Source: Macrostomum hystrix
Lineage: Eukaryota > Animalia > Platyhelminthes
Assembly (NCBI GenBank): GCA_950097015.1
Contig: CATNEN010000031.1
Location: 3,519,861-3,583,860 of the forward strand
Direction of reading: 5' to 3'
DNA length: 64,000 nucleotides
Shown here: positions 25,190 to 41,279 of the stretch, one piece after another
How positions within the stretch are numbered: the first letter of the stretch is position 1
How the letters are laid out: each line of letters opens with the position of its first letter
Program-made: the position numbers and the translations under genes
The notes under the pieces: generated by a model
What the model was told of the DNA's origin: nothing
Database searches by the model: none
The model's input: the letters and a program-made list of their open reading frames with translations, nothing else

Positions 25190-27190
25190 GCTAATGTCTC
25201 ATCCTGGGAGACTGGTGTCTCACTCTGAAGATCTGGGAGATTGGATCTCACCCTGAGATCTGGGAGATTGGTGTCTCACACTGAAGATCTGGGAGATTGG
25301 TGTCTCACACTGAAGATCTGGGAGATTGGTGTCTCACACTGAAGATCTGGGAGATTGGTGTCTCACACTGAAGATCTGGGAGATTGGTGTCTCACACTGA
25401 AGATCTGGGAGATTGGTGTCTCACACTGAAGATCTGGGAGATTGGTGTCTCACACTGAAGATCTGGGAGATTGGTGTCTCACACTGAAGATCTGGGAGAT
25501 TGGTGTCTCACACTGAAGATCTGGGAGATTGGTGTCTCACCCTGACTTTATGGGAGATTGGTGTCTCACCCTGACTTTATGGGAGATTGGTGTCTCACCC
25601 TGACTTTATGGGAGATTGGTGTCTCACCCTGACTTTATGGGAGATTGGTGTCTCACCCTGACTTTATGGGAGATTGGTGTCTCACCCTGAAGACCTGGGA
25701 GATTGGTGTCTCACACTGAAGATCTGGGAGATTGGTGTCTCACACTGAAGATCTGGGAGATTGGTGTCTCACCCTGACTTTATGGGAGATTGGTGCCTCA
25801 CCCAGACTTTATGGGAGATTGGTGTCTCACCCAGACTTTATGGGAGATTGGTGTCTCACCCAGACTTTATGGGAGATTGGTGCCTCACCCTGACTTTATG
25901 GGAGATTGGTGCCTCACCCAGACTTTATGGGAGATTGGTGTCTCACCCAGACTTTATGGGAGGTTGGTGTCTTACCCTGACTTTATTGGAGATTGGTGTC
26001 TCACACTGAAGATCTGGGAGATTGGTGTCTCACCCTGAAGATCTGGGAGATTGGTGCCTCACCCTGACTTTATGGGAGATTGGTGTCTCACCCTGACTTT
26101 ATGGGAGATTGGTGTCTCACACTGAAGATCTGGGAGATTGGTGTCTCACCCTGAAGACCTGGGAGATTGGTGTCTCACCCTGAAGATCTGGGAGATAGGT
26201 GTCTCACCCTGAGATTGTTTTAATTGTGAGAAAATACACACAAAACAGACACTTTTTCTATTTTTTTTCCTCAAAAACGTGTCTAAAGGCATGGATATTC
26301 AAACGGCAAATTTTTCCAGCATAGATTTTATAACTATATTTTTAGACCGCCATTTCACAAGGAGCACTTACCAGGCTAATGTCTCATCCTGGGAGACTGG
26401 TGTCTCACCCTGAGATCTGGGAGATTGGTGTCTCACTCTGAAGATCTGGGAGATTGGATCTCACCCTGAGATCTGGGAGATTGGTGTCTCACACTGAAGA
26501 TCTGGGAGATTGGTGTCTCACCCTGAAGATCTGGGAGATTGGTGTCTCACACTGAAGATCTGGGAGATTGGTGTCTCACACTGAAGATCTGGGAGATTGG
26601 TGTCTCACCCTGACTTTATGGGAGATTGGTGTCTCACCCTGAAGATCTGGGAGATTGGTGTCTCACCCTGACTTTATGGGAGATTGGTGTCTCACCCTGA
26701 CTTTATGGGAGATTGGTGTCTCACCCTGACTTTATTGGAGATTGGTGCCTCACCCAGACTTTATGGGAGATTTGTGTCTCACCCAGACTTTATTGGAGAT
26801 GGTGCCTCACCCAGACTTTATGGGAGATTTGTGTCTCACCCAGACTTTATTGGAGATTGGTGCCTCACCCAGACTTTATTGGAGATTGGTGCCTCACCCA
26901 GACTTTATGGGAGATTTGTGCCTCACCCAGACTTTATGGGAGATTGGTGCCTCACCCAGACTTTATTGGAGATTGGTGCCTCACCCAGACTTTATTGGAG
27001 ATTGGTGCCTCACCCAGACTTTATTGGAGATTGGTGCCTCACCCAGACTTTATTGGAGATTGGTGCCTCACCCAGACTTTATTGGAGATTGGTGCCTCAC
27101 CCAGACTTTATGGGAGATTGGTGCCTCACCCTGACTTTATGGGAGATTGGTGCCTCAGCCAGACTTTATTGGAGATTGGTGCCTCAGCCT
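25190..27190 (+). repeat. 29-bp minisatellite in two blocks, with a duplicated ~190-bp unique spacer
   Basis: Unit gggagattggtgtctcac(actgaagatct/cctgactttat). Unique sequence starting at 25031 recurs at 26215. Confidence 0.95.
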
Positions 27191-27904
27191 GAACATCTGG
27201 TAATATTTTTTAACATAATTCATTCTTAATTATCATGAAAATTTCATTAACAATCAGGAAAGACAGTCATAAGTATTCGGTGGTGGGTGTCACTATAGAA
27301 GCGAGAGCATGTATTTATTGAGCGATCATTGAGTAGTCGAATGACTGCTTTATTTGTCTAAATCAAGCACCCGTGTACTCGTGGGTCTCTCTAGTGGAAG
27401 AGAACCGATTGGAGGAGCAAAAGATTTGTAGAAAAATAGACAGACAGTCGACAAGTTCAGAAGAAAAGTCTAACAATATTCAACGATCTATAGATGTCTA
27501 ACAGTAAAACGAAGTCAGTATAGAAATCACACACTGTATAAATATATATAGATTGAAATTCTTTGCAATATACGCTACTGATAGTAGCTACTTACATATA
27601 TTAAAAAATAAGCGAGCAAATTTGTATTAAAGCATTAAAGAAGCCACATTAAAAATCCTATTATTTGTTTTATATGTTTTATTGTTAGGACAAAAATTGC
27701 AATAAAACATTTTGCAAAGGAATGTGAGAACAGTGAGCAGAACTATTTTTTCGAATTTTGGCGACAAATTAGTAACTGACAAATTATGTACAGTTAGTTC
27801 ATTGTAATGCATTAAAATAAAAGTTTTGTTTGGCAAAAGTTACCTTCTACTTCAGCTGATTCGGAAAGAGTCTTAATATCTGTTGTAGTTTTCTTTTTAA
27901 AGAA

Positions 27905-28150
27905 TCTGGTGGGATTTGATCCAGAGCGAGTGTAATTGGGGGTGAGTCACATGGGGTTGGATCCAGAGCGAGTGTACATTGGGGTGAGTCACTCTGGGTT
28001 GGATCCAGAGCGAGTGTACATTGGGGTGAGTCACTCTGGGTTGGATCCAGAGCGAGTGTACATTGGGGTGAGTCACTCTGGGTTGGATCCAGAGCGAGTG
28101 TACATTGGGGTGAGAGGTTTGGGATTTGAGCCAGAGCAGGTGTACATTGT
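27905..28150 (+). repeat. 42-bp minisatellite (~6 copies)
   Basis: Unit ttggatccagagcgagtgtacattggggtgagtcactctggg. Confidence 0.9.
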
Positions 28151-28624
28151 TGGTAAGTCTGGTAGAGTTCAATTAAGAGCGAGTGTACATTTTTGGTTGT
28201 ACGGGAGTGCGCGTAAACTGACAGGTTGTGTATTATGGATTATAAAAATCATTGATTTGGTATTTTAGCTACTGTATATAAAACGAATATATTAAAGTTG
28301 TTTAAGGAAATTCGAAGAGTAATTTAGATACAAAATATCACAATATAAAACTATTTATGCAAAGTAACAGGTAGCAAATAGCGAGATCAGTGTAAGAGGT
28401 GCAAAATAAATGATAGACAGCTGAGCTAACCACAAATGAAGCAAAATTATCTTTGTCTATTTGTTGTTTAGCTAAAAACTTGGCGCAACGAAATCTCAAT
28501 ATGAATTCGCCACACTTCTAAACAGTTAAACCAGAGTTCAAAGTTTTGCTAGACTATGTAGCTGGTTGATGTCGATGGGCTCACAGTGGGACCTGGGAGG
28601 TGTTTTAAATTTGATTTTAGACCA

Positions 28625-29245
28625 ATAAAGCCTGAATTTAGATTATGAAAGCCTGAATCTAGATAATGAAGGCCTGAATCCAGATTATGAAAGCCTGAAA
28701 TATGGATTATGAAAGCCTGAATCTAGATTATGAAAGCCTGAATCCAGATTATGAAAGCCTGAATCTAGATTATGAAAGCCTGAATCTAGATTATGAAAGC
28801 CTGAATCCAGATTATGAAAGCCTGAATCTAGATTATGAAAGCCTGAATCTAGATTATGAAAGCCTGAATCCAGATTATGAAAGCCTAAATCTAGATTATG
28901 AAAGCCTGAATCTAGATTATGAAAGCCTGAATCCAGATTATGAAAGCCTGAATCTAGATTATGAAAGCCTGAATCTAGATTATGAAAGCCTGAATCCAGA
29001 TTATGAAAGCCTGAATCTAGATTATGAAAGCCTGAATCTAGATTATGAAAGCCTGAATCCAGATTATGAAAGCCTAAATCTAGATTATGAAAGCCTGAAT
29101 CTAGATTATGAAAGCCTGAATCCAGATTATGAAAGCCTGAATCTAGACTATGAAAGCCTGAATCTAGATTATGAAAGCCTGAATCTAGATTATGAAAGCG
29201 TGAATCTAGATTATGAAAGCCTGAATCTAGATTGTGAAGGCCTGA
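28625..29245 (+). repeat. 21-bp minisatellite (~29 copies) with higher-order structure
   Basis: Unit gattatgaaagcctgaatc(t/c)a. Confidence 0.96.
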
Positions 29246-29444
29246 CGATGATTGATGAAAGCATTTGAATAAGCGGCAAACTTGTTTCACTCACTCAAGC
29301 CGTTGTAGCCGGAGCCGGGGGGCAGATCGTTTCCGATTGGCTGCCAGAGATCCAGTTGATGATGACACGGCGGCCATCATTGACTCGCCGTTGGCGCTAC
29401 TGCCGCTGACACTGCCGGAGATAAACTGCACTGGCGGCAGGGTG

Positions 29445-32400
29445 TTAGGCGAGGATTGTCGCGGCTGCTGGAAATAAACATGCTGCTGTTGCTGCTGCTG
29501 CTGTTGTCGATGGACGATTCTGAGACGGCGGCGGGCGCCATTCGGCTTCTAAATCGGCATGAAATTTCGACAAGGAGGGAGCAACCGGGCCGAACAAGAT
29601 AAAGCAGCAGTTGGCGCAGCCGCTGCCGTGATCGAACGGGTTGATCAGGTCCGGGTTGCGCTGCGTATTGTACAGGTCCTTGATCTGATTCCGGGAAGGG
29701 GGTGGCTACGTTAGGTTGCTAATGGCAAGTGATTAAACTATTTTACACCTAGTATAACCTACATGAAAACTCAGACTCAAACTCAGATTCTAACAGAATC
29801 CAGACATTTTAATTAGACTTTTTCTACCTGAGAATGTTAATTAATTGTACCTGAGAATGTTACTTAATTGTACCTGAGAATGTTACTTAATTGTACCTGA
29901 GAATTTTACTTAATTGTACCTGAGAATGTTACTTAATTGTACCTGAGAATGTTACTTAATTGTACCTGAGAATGTTACTTAATTGTATCTGAGAATGTTA
30001 CTTAATTGTACCTGAGAATGTTACTTAATTGTAACTGAGAATGTTACTTAATTGTACCTGAGAATGTTACTTAATTGTACCTGAGAATGTTACTTAATTG
30101 TACCTGAGAATGTTACTTAATTGTACCTGAGAATGTTACTTAATTGTACCTGAGAATGTTACTTAATTGTACCTGAGAATGTTACTTAATTGTACCTGAG
30201 AATGTTACTTAATTGTACCTGAGAATGTTACTTAATTGTACCTGAGAATGGTAACTCAATTGTACCTGAGAATGTTACTTAATTGTACCTGAGAATGTTA
30301 CTTAATTGTACCTGAGAATGTTACTTAATTGTACCTGAGAATGTTACTTAATTGTACCTGAGAATGTTACTTAATTGTACCTGAGAATGGTAACTCAATT
30401 GTACCTGAGAATGTTACTTAATTGTACCTGAGAATGGTAACTCAATTGTACCTGAGAATGGTAACTCAATTGTACCTGAGAATGTGATCTAATTCTACCA
30501 GAGAATCCAAAGAATGTGGTCCAATTCTGTGTAAAGTAGCGAACTCACATCCTCATTGGTTGACGTCTCGCGGCAGATCAGCATGGTGTGAAAGCCGCCC
30601 AGTCCAATCACGGAGAATATAGAGAAAAATGCCACAATAATGACGGGCAGAGTGCAATGAGAATGATTGGCGAGGGGCCTAGGCCGAGTCAAGGAAACAT
30701 TTTGTGCGGAATAGCCCGGTAAATTTAAACAAAGTTAAAAATTATAAACAAAAAAACATTTTAGAAAAAAGGATATCTGGTAGGCGACTCTCGAAGCACT
30801 TGGACGAAGTCGCCGCTCCTTTGAGAATTCACTGAAATTGTGGGGTTTCAGTGCTAATCACCAGCAAGAAGACAGGGTCTGTGGGATAATCTGTAGCCAC
30901 TGGAAGTCTACTAAATTTGTGAGTAATATTATTAATAATTGCAGGAGGGCTGCTGGCAATGGCACATCATTTAGTGACACTTGACCCGCAGCCAGTGAGG
31001 AGGCAATTCTGCCCATTTCGCTGACTCCTGAGCACACACGCACACAAACACTGTACGCAGGCAAACGCTCACACAGGTGTGTACATCGATCTGCCCTGAC
31101 TTTCTCATCGTCAGGCAGTGTACACTCCCACTGTGCCTTGGAGGTTGGCCCTCAAGGGCGTAAATTGCAAGACATGCCCCCAAGCCTTCTCTCCGCGGCT
31201 GCGCCCCAAATAAATGTGGCCTCGCCGCGGAATCGAACTTAGGGACCTTGGCGAGAGAGGTAAATAAACGCGTTAACCGCTCTGCCACCGAACCACTGAA
31301 TTTGTGAAATTTTTAATGAGTTAAAAATGACTCACAAATAACCAGATTCAGGCAGCCGAACACCATGATGTAGACGCAATAGACAGACAGGCTAACTAGG
31401 AACAGGTAGAAATATCTGTAGTTTCTCTTTCCAACACAGTTGCCAACCCACGGGCAGTGATGATCGAATCTGTCCACGCAGTTGTCGCATGTTGAGCAGT
31501 GACTGGCCCTGGGCGGCCGCCACAATTTGCAGGTCTGACAGAATTTCAGTTTGAACAGTCGGCCGTTAATGCGAATGTCGCGCAGAGTCTCGTAGTTGGG
31601 CACCGTGCTGTGCGAGGCTGCGGGCAGTGGACTGTCTGGGATAATTAAGGGAATCCTGGGGATTGGGGAGGGATGGGATAATCAAGGGAATACTGGGGAT
31701 TGGGGAGGGATGGGATAATTAAGGGAATCCTGGGGATTAGGGAGGGATGGGATAATTAAGTCAATCCTGGGGATTGGGGAGGGATAGGATAATTAAGACG
31801 ATCCTGGGGATTGGGGAGGGATGGGATAATTAAGACAATCCTGGGGATTGGGGAGGGATGGGATAATTAAGACAATCCTGGGGATTGGGAAGGGATGGGA
31901 TAATTAAGGGAATCCTGGGGATTGGGCGGGATAGGATAATTAAGGGAATCCTGGGGATTGGGAAGGGACGGGATAATTAAGGGAATCTTGGGGATTGGGG
32001 AGTGATGGGATATTTAAGGGAATCCTGGGGATCGGGATGGGATGGGATAATTAAGGGAATCCTGGGGATTGGGCGGGATAGGATAATTAAGGGAATCCTG
32101 GGGATTGGGAAGGGACGGGATAATTAAGGGAATCTTGGGGATTGGGGAGTGATGGGATATTTAAGGGAATCCTGGGGATCGGGATGGGATGGGATGGGAT
32201 GAGAAATGGAATACTGGGGACTGTAATCGGATTGGATGAGACAGGAAATCCCAGTAAACTGGGGTGGGATGAGATGTTAAAGGGAACCACTGGTAGTTGA
32301 TGGAAAGGAGCATCTAAAACAGGGAAGTGTGAATAAAAACGGAAGCCTTAAGGTAGAAGGATGTGGATAATGAAGGCAACCAATGGGAGTGGGGTCACAC

Positions 32401-32758
32401 TGAAAATTATAATGAAATAAACCAAGCACATTCAGGCAAGGAAGAACTTTATCGCACCCATCTCGGCCTCCATCCAGGCGGCCTCATCCGGCCCAGCTCT
32501 GGGAATGATGCCTGGATCGCTGAGTGTAGTGCGCAGTAGGCAGCCAAGCACGAAGCCAAATTGCAGCACAGCAAATACTGGCACTGCTGGCGAGAGATTC
32601 ACTGCTAAGAAGCGACAGTCGAAAGCGAAGAAAAGGCCGGAAAACACCACAACCAAGCCAAGGGTGAGGTAGAAAACAGACAGGTTTCTGGCGCACACGC
32701 AGCGACCATTGCAGCAGATCCAGCTTTTACCTTTGTAATGCTCCCAGCGCTTTGGCAT
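29445..32758 (-). CDS. ZDHHC14: DHHC palmitoyltransferase, ZDHHC9/14/18 (approximated) subfamily; 5 coding exons
   Basis: Exons 32758-32458, 31635-31336, 30831-30777, 30651-30549 and 29684-29445 join in frame (999 nt). Motifs: [62 protein letters not shown] and NPF. Intron 3 is AT-AC. The paralog assignment and exact C-terminus are uncertain. Confidence 0.93.
29820..30490 (-). repeat. 23-bp minisatellite (~29 copies) in ZDHHC intron 4
   Basis: Plus-strand unit ttaattgtacctgagaatgttac. Confidence 0.96.
30652..30776 (-). other. U12-type AT-AC intron (125 nt) in ZDHHC
   Basis: 5' splice site ATATCCTTTT at 30776, branch TTCCTTGAC at 30696-30688, 3' end ttgcAC at 30652. Removal gives an in-frame [15 protein letters not shown], colinear with SPASVLEAVVCFFS of vertebrate ZDHHC14 as I recall it. 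Confidence 0.9.
30860..31295 (-). mobile_element. tRNA-derived SINE family B, near full-length copy in ZDHHC intron 2
   Basis: Minus strand: A-box ggtggcagagcggttaacgcg and B-box-like aagttcgattcc. The body (gcaatttacgc, ccaacctcc.aggcacagtg, ctgcctgacgatgagaaagtcag, gcgaaatggg.agaattgcctcctc) matches 59.1-59.5 kb and 41.3-41.45 kb. Confidence 0.85.
31638..32200 (-). repeat. 37-bp minisatellite (~15 copies) in ZDHHC intron 1
   Basis: Plus-strand unit gggataattaagggaatcctggggattggggagggat. Confidence 0.94.
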
Positions 32759-34368
32759 TGCAGCATCAGCAGCAGCGGAAATTTTCGCTGGACTACTAGT
32801 GGGACCAATGCGATGTTGCTAAAATTGTGAACAATGAGAGAGGGATGAAATATAATTGATGAATATATTTTAAATATGTAATATGACATATTCACATAGC
32901 AAAAATATAAATAGCATGCAAATAAATTTTCATCTAGAATAAAGTGGTAGATATTTTACATTCTAAAGATGGACAAAGGCTTCGACTCACTGGCTAAGTT
33001 ACATAGTTAAAATCGGAGACTGTAGTGTTTGTGTTTCTTTAGCTATAGTACCTAGTTACCCTAAGTCTTAGAAAATATGTTTTTTAAGTAAATGATTATT
33101 GTAAAAAAATGATTTCATATTCAGATAGTTTTATATCTGTTTGATTAGCAAATTATTTTTAAAAAAATATCAAACTATGTTCATTTCATAACTGTAAATA
33201 GACTTAGTACTGATATCCAACGATTGAAATTAATCTTTGAATAGGCCTATATTGTATGTATTACACAATCATAGCTATCATTTTTTATAAACTGGACTTG
33301 TCTCAAGATTTTCTGTCTTCTGTCTTAAATAATATTGTAAAACAAATTAACATAAGTCTGATAAAAGGCTGCCTCCAGTAAATCATTAGAAGATAATTTC
33401 TGTTAGGATTATGATGGGAATTATGATGGGTATTTACCTTATGATAAATTACCTTAATGATACCAACATAAGGTAATTTCCTACTTAACTGTGTTTAAAT
33501 ATTTGAACGCTTTTTCATAGTTTTCCCAGCATAAAATTAATACGCATATTATGCGCCACCAGTTGAAACGCACTTTAAATACTTTTTGCATACTTCTTAA
33601 CTAAGTAAAAATAATCATTCTTGTCACTAATATATATTAAGGATACTGTAACATATTCGTTCAATTCAGAACTTAATGTGGTAATTCGTTGAAAATGAAC
33701 AAATTAAAATCGTTGAAATGCAGTTTAAGTTCTTCCAACTGAGATATCACTACATGTAGTTCGAATTATTAGCAACTATACTTTTTTAAATCTAAAAATA
33801 GTAATAGGCAATTAAACAGTGCATATGACTTAATGATATTGAAACATTTTGCTTTAAAATGTACCAATTAGTGCACCGATTTAACGGTAGTTTACGATTC
33901 AGTTACGTTCTTTTATTCGCTGCTTCTTCGCCGCTATTTAGCTGTCCTAGATTTTCTATCATTTCCTTTCCAGTTTCCAGTAGCTTTTTCTTTTAGTTAA
34001 TTTTACATTTATAGCCGGTTGTTTAACGTAGGTAGAGCTTGCCCATAGGCCATAGCAAAGGCCTGTAGCGAAAGGTTTTTATATCCTGCTGAGGCTGTCT
34101 ATTTAATTTTCTTTGATAGGATCTCATATGCACCAGTATAACTAAAAAATATAGAGTTAAAGTAAATTCATTTCTGTTGACTTTGAGTTTAAGTTCAAAA
34201 TTTAGTGTATTGTATTTTTCATTTATAAGAAACTATTTTCAGTTCAGGACATTTGCTTTAAGAATACAGATATCCTACCACTTTCTTCATCAAATCTATA
34301 AACAGTTTTATTTTAATTTTAGTATTCAAAAGAGTTGATATATTTACTTTATAAAGGAAAAACTAAAA

Positions 34369-38378
<4,010 letters not shown>

Positions 38379-39569
38379 ACAAGAGGTTATTTGTCTTGCA
38401 AGCCGACTGTTTAATAATGATTGTCGAGCCCTGACAGGCATGGATAGGCAGATATGAGCCATACAAGTGCTCATTTTCATTATCGGTTCACTATAAGCCC
38501 ATCTGCCGAATTTTGTTCCGATTATAAAAAATTATGCCATTGTCTTGAAGCTTAATTTTTATCTGGAATATCCTACTCTAGTTCACACAGTTTTTCCACT
38601 TAGCTGTTTGCATTCCACTATTGAAGTCATTTTTTATTGCTCGCTCACTATCTACTGTTTTCTTGGCTGTGATCCTTTTAATTGCTTATTAACCCTTTAA
38701 ATTAAATCGGATATATTTTTCCTAGCATGCCAATTCGTACAACCCAACTGTGTCATCTTTGTACATGTTAATCTTCTCAGTTCACTGCACTGTAAAATCG
38801 ATTTTTTCACTACTTTTACTGATTCATTGGTCAAGTCTTGATTACTTTTCAGTGTTTTACTTTAGTCAGTCTACCTTAAGACTCAGGATATAGGGTAGAG
38901 GGTAGCTACAGTGTAACAGTGTACCTGAAGACTCAATATATCAAGCCAACGATTTGTGAACAGGCCATAGACTAGTGCGATTTTAGAATCGAAGGATCAC
39001 ATTTTTCTCTTTACCTTATTCATCTGTTGCTCTTTTCACAACTGTAGTGTTTTTTATACGAAAAGTCTGCTTTCTTGCTGTTTCTAATCGCTTTTTTAAC
39101 CAGGTAATGACAACAGACAAATAAAATTATCGGAACATTGTTTGTTATATTTGAAAACGAACTTGCACTTTGTTGTGAGACTTTGATAATTTTTTTTCTT
39201 GTTAAGAATTATCAGTCATTGATAAGAATAGTTTTCGTTTTTAGTATGTGTTTTTACCCTCTAATAACTTTTCATTATGACAACCTTCTCACAGATTTCT
39301 TGCAATAAATGCCCCACTTTTAGATTTCCTTCTCATCCATTTATCAGAAAATCTATCGTGATAATTTAGTTTGTCTCACTTCTTAAAATATGCCCTAAGG
39401 TAGCATTGCTTACTAACTAACTTATTTCTTATAATAGAATTTTCACGAAAATACATCCTTTGAAACCTCTTTTAAAACAAATAAAAATATGGTGTACAAG
39501 ACACCAGAACAACAGACTCTCAGTTGCTAGGCAATTTTTACACTTGCTGCCAGCAGGGCCAAGATTCAA

Positions 39570-40226
39570 ATGGACTCTGGCGGCGACTCCGGCTTCATCA
39601 GGGCGCAGGTGTGCAGCTGGCCTGAGACGCGCCAACTGGAACTCATTATCTGCGAGCTCACAGACCAGTCGGAGCCGGCCGAGCTTTGCCTGGCCCGCCT
39701 AGCCGGACTGGCTGGCCCAGTAGACGACCTCCTTCGGCTACGCTGCGACGGCGAGGCCAACGGCGACGCCAGTGTTGACTTGGTTGCCGAACTGCGCCAG
39801 TTTTGCGCCTCGCGTCAAGACCTTCGCCTTTTGCCGATTCTTTGCTGGCGTGACAAGATAGCCGCCGTGGAGACGATGCTCATTCGCCTGCTGAATGGCC
39901 GGCCAAGCCCGTGGACCGTCGGGCGCAAACGGAAAGAGCAGTTCCGCCGGATTCTTCCACTGGAGGATGTTTGCGCCCAGCTGTGCATTAGATTCCGCAC
40001 GGAGTCAACAAGAAAGCTACTGGCTGAGCTGAAGCTAGTAGTTGGCCAGGACCCCAGCTTCTCCTGTCTGGCCTTGACTGGCCGTCTGCGGGCCTGCAGT
40101 CAGCACCGTTGCCATGTGGACTGCGCCTATCATCGCTGCCAGGTACTTCGCTGCTTTAACAGTAGAATGACCATGCTTTTTCCCCTGGACAAAGACCACG
40201 GGGCATTTCAAACACCCACTGCCTAA
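39570..40226 (+). CDS. Hypothetical single-exon protein, 218 aa
   Basis: GC-rich ORF with coding-like codon usage in AT-rich flanks, preceded by an acceptor-like ttgctgccag. Contains a basic NLS-like GRKRK and a Cys/His-rich C-terminus. No family recognised. Confidence 0.7.
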   Translation: MDSGGDSGFIRAQVCSWPETRQLELIICELTDQSEPAELCLARLAGLAGPVDDLLRLRCDGEANGDASVDLVAELRQFCASRQDLRLLPILCWRDKIAAVETMLIRLLNGRPSPWTVGRKRKEQFRRILPLEDVCAQLCIRFRTESTRKLLAELKLVVGQDPSFSCLALTGRLRACSQHRCHVDCAYHRCQVLRCFNSRMTMLFPLDKDHGAFQTPTA

Positions 40227-40842
40227 TTCACGATAGCTCCCAAACCGAAATCGAAAAATTATAGCTCATTTTCTGGATTTCCATTGCAATGGTTAAACAA
40301 TTTAGGAGATACAAAAAACTAAGAATGTGGTTTTTGAAATGCCCCTATGGTCTTTGTACTGTTAATCTCGTAGCTTGGTTGGAACCTGAATTTGCCTTTT
40401 CTTTATGTAAACCAGGCTTTACACCAGGGTTCGGCAAAATTTTCATCTGTGCTGGCCAGATAGAGCAGAGCTAGAGTGCCATGGGCCAGAAAAAACGAAT
40501 AATAGTTTATCTTTATCCACAAAAAACCTTAGCTGGAAAATTGGTTGAATGTGGTGAGTGGCAGTGTCCATTGTCACATACTTAGACGCCTTGTGCACAG
40601 ACTCCCAATGACCGCAGATGTTAGCCTTCTTGACAAGAGGGACAGTTGCTATGTAGATAAGGAGCTTCGTGTCTATCTTGCGCTTTTTCTGCGGGATCGG
40701 TCCGCGGGCCGGTGTTTGCCAAACCCTTGGTGTACACACTGCGATAAATAAGCCAATGAGAGCGCTCCGCATTGTCTAACCCGCACTCCAGTTAATTTCT
40801 GCCGCTTTGACCAGCCACTTTCGCGACCTGCTTCCTCCGCCG

Positions 40843-41226
40843 ATGGCCACGGCCGCGGCCGCTGCCGTTTTGGAATCAGAAGGTCGAAAGTCACTCTTGG
40901 CTGGAGGCCCCAGTGACTATGGCGACAGCAGCTCAGAGGCCGATGTTGAGTCCGTGTGCAACCCGTTTCCCAGGCCTGAGGAAATGCCAGCTCCGGATCT
41001 GCTGCTGATGTCCGGCTTCGAGGACCCAGATCCCGATGCCGAGGATTCGCAGGAAGTGCAGCTGCCTCCGATTCAGCAGCCACAGCAGCAGAGGCAGCCG
41101 TGGCGTCCAAAACCACCGACCCTGTTGGATAATGACTACCACAGCGGCTTCCGTGACATCCGTCTGGCGAATCCAAACTTTATTAATGACGACACGCCTG
41201 ATAGGCCATATGTGCACCACAGCTAA
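40843..41226 (+). CDS. Hypothetical acidic/proline-rich protein, 127 aa
   Basis: GC-rich ORF with good Kozak context (ccgATGG) and an acceptor-like tttgaccag at ~40814. No confident family. Confidence 0.65.
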   Translation: MATAAAAAVLESEGRKSLLAGGPSDYGDSSSEADVESVCNPFPRPEEMPAPDLLLMSGFEDPDPDAEDSQEVQLPPIQQPQQQRQPWRPKPPTLLDNDYHSGFRDIRLANPNFINDDTPDRPYVHHS

Positions 41227-41279
41227 TAATAAAAATAATATCGTTCGCTTACTCCTTCCTGATCACCCGCGTAAAAAGA

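Noticed and set aside
25190-27190. CRISPR-like regular repeats
   Set aside because: The units are directly adjacent with no unique spacers, the context is eukaryotic and there are no cas genes. The same applies to all arrays in the window.
28685-29290. ORFs open on both strands (FHNLDSG / DYESLNL)
   Set aside because: Artefact of the 21-bp tandem repeat.
31090-31130. Hammerhead ribozyme core (CUGACGA...GAAA) in SINE B
   Set aside because: Only 3 nt separate CUGANGA from GAAA, so stem II cannot form, and the segment pairs with itself as a simple hairpin instead.
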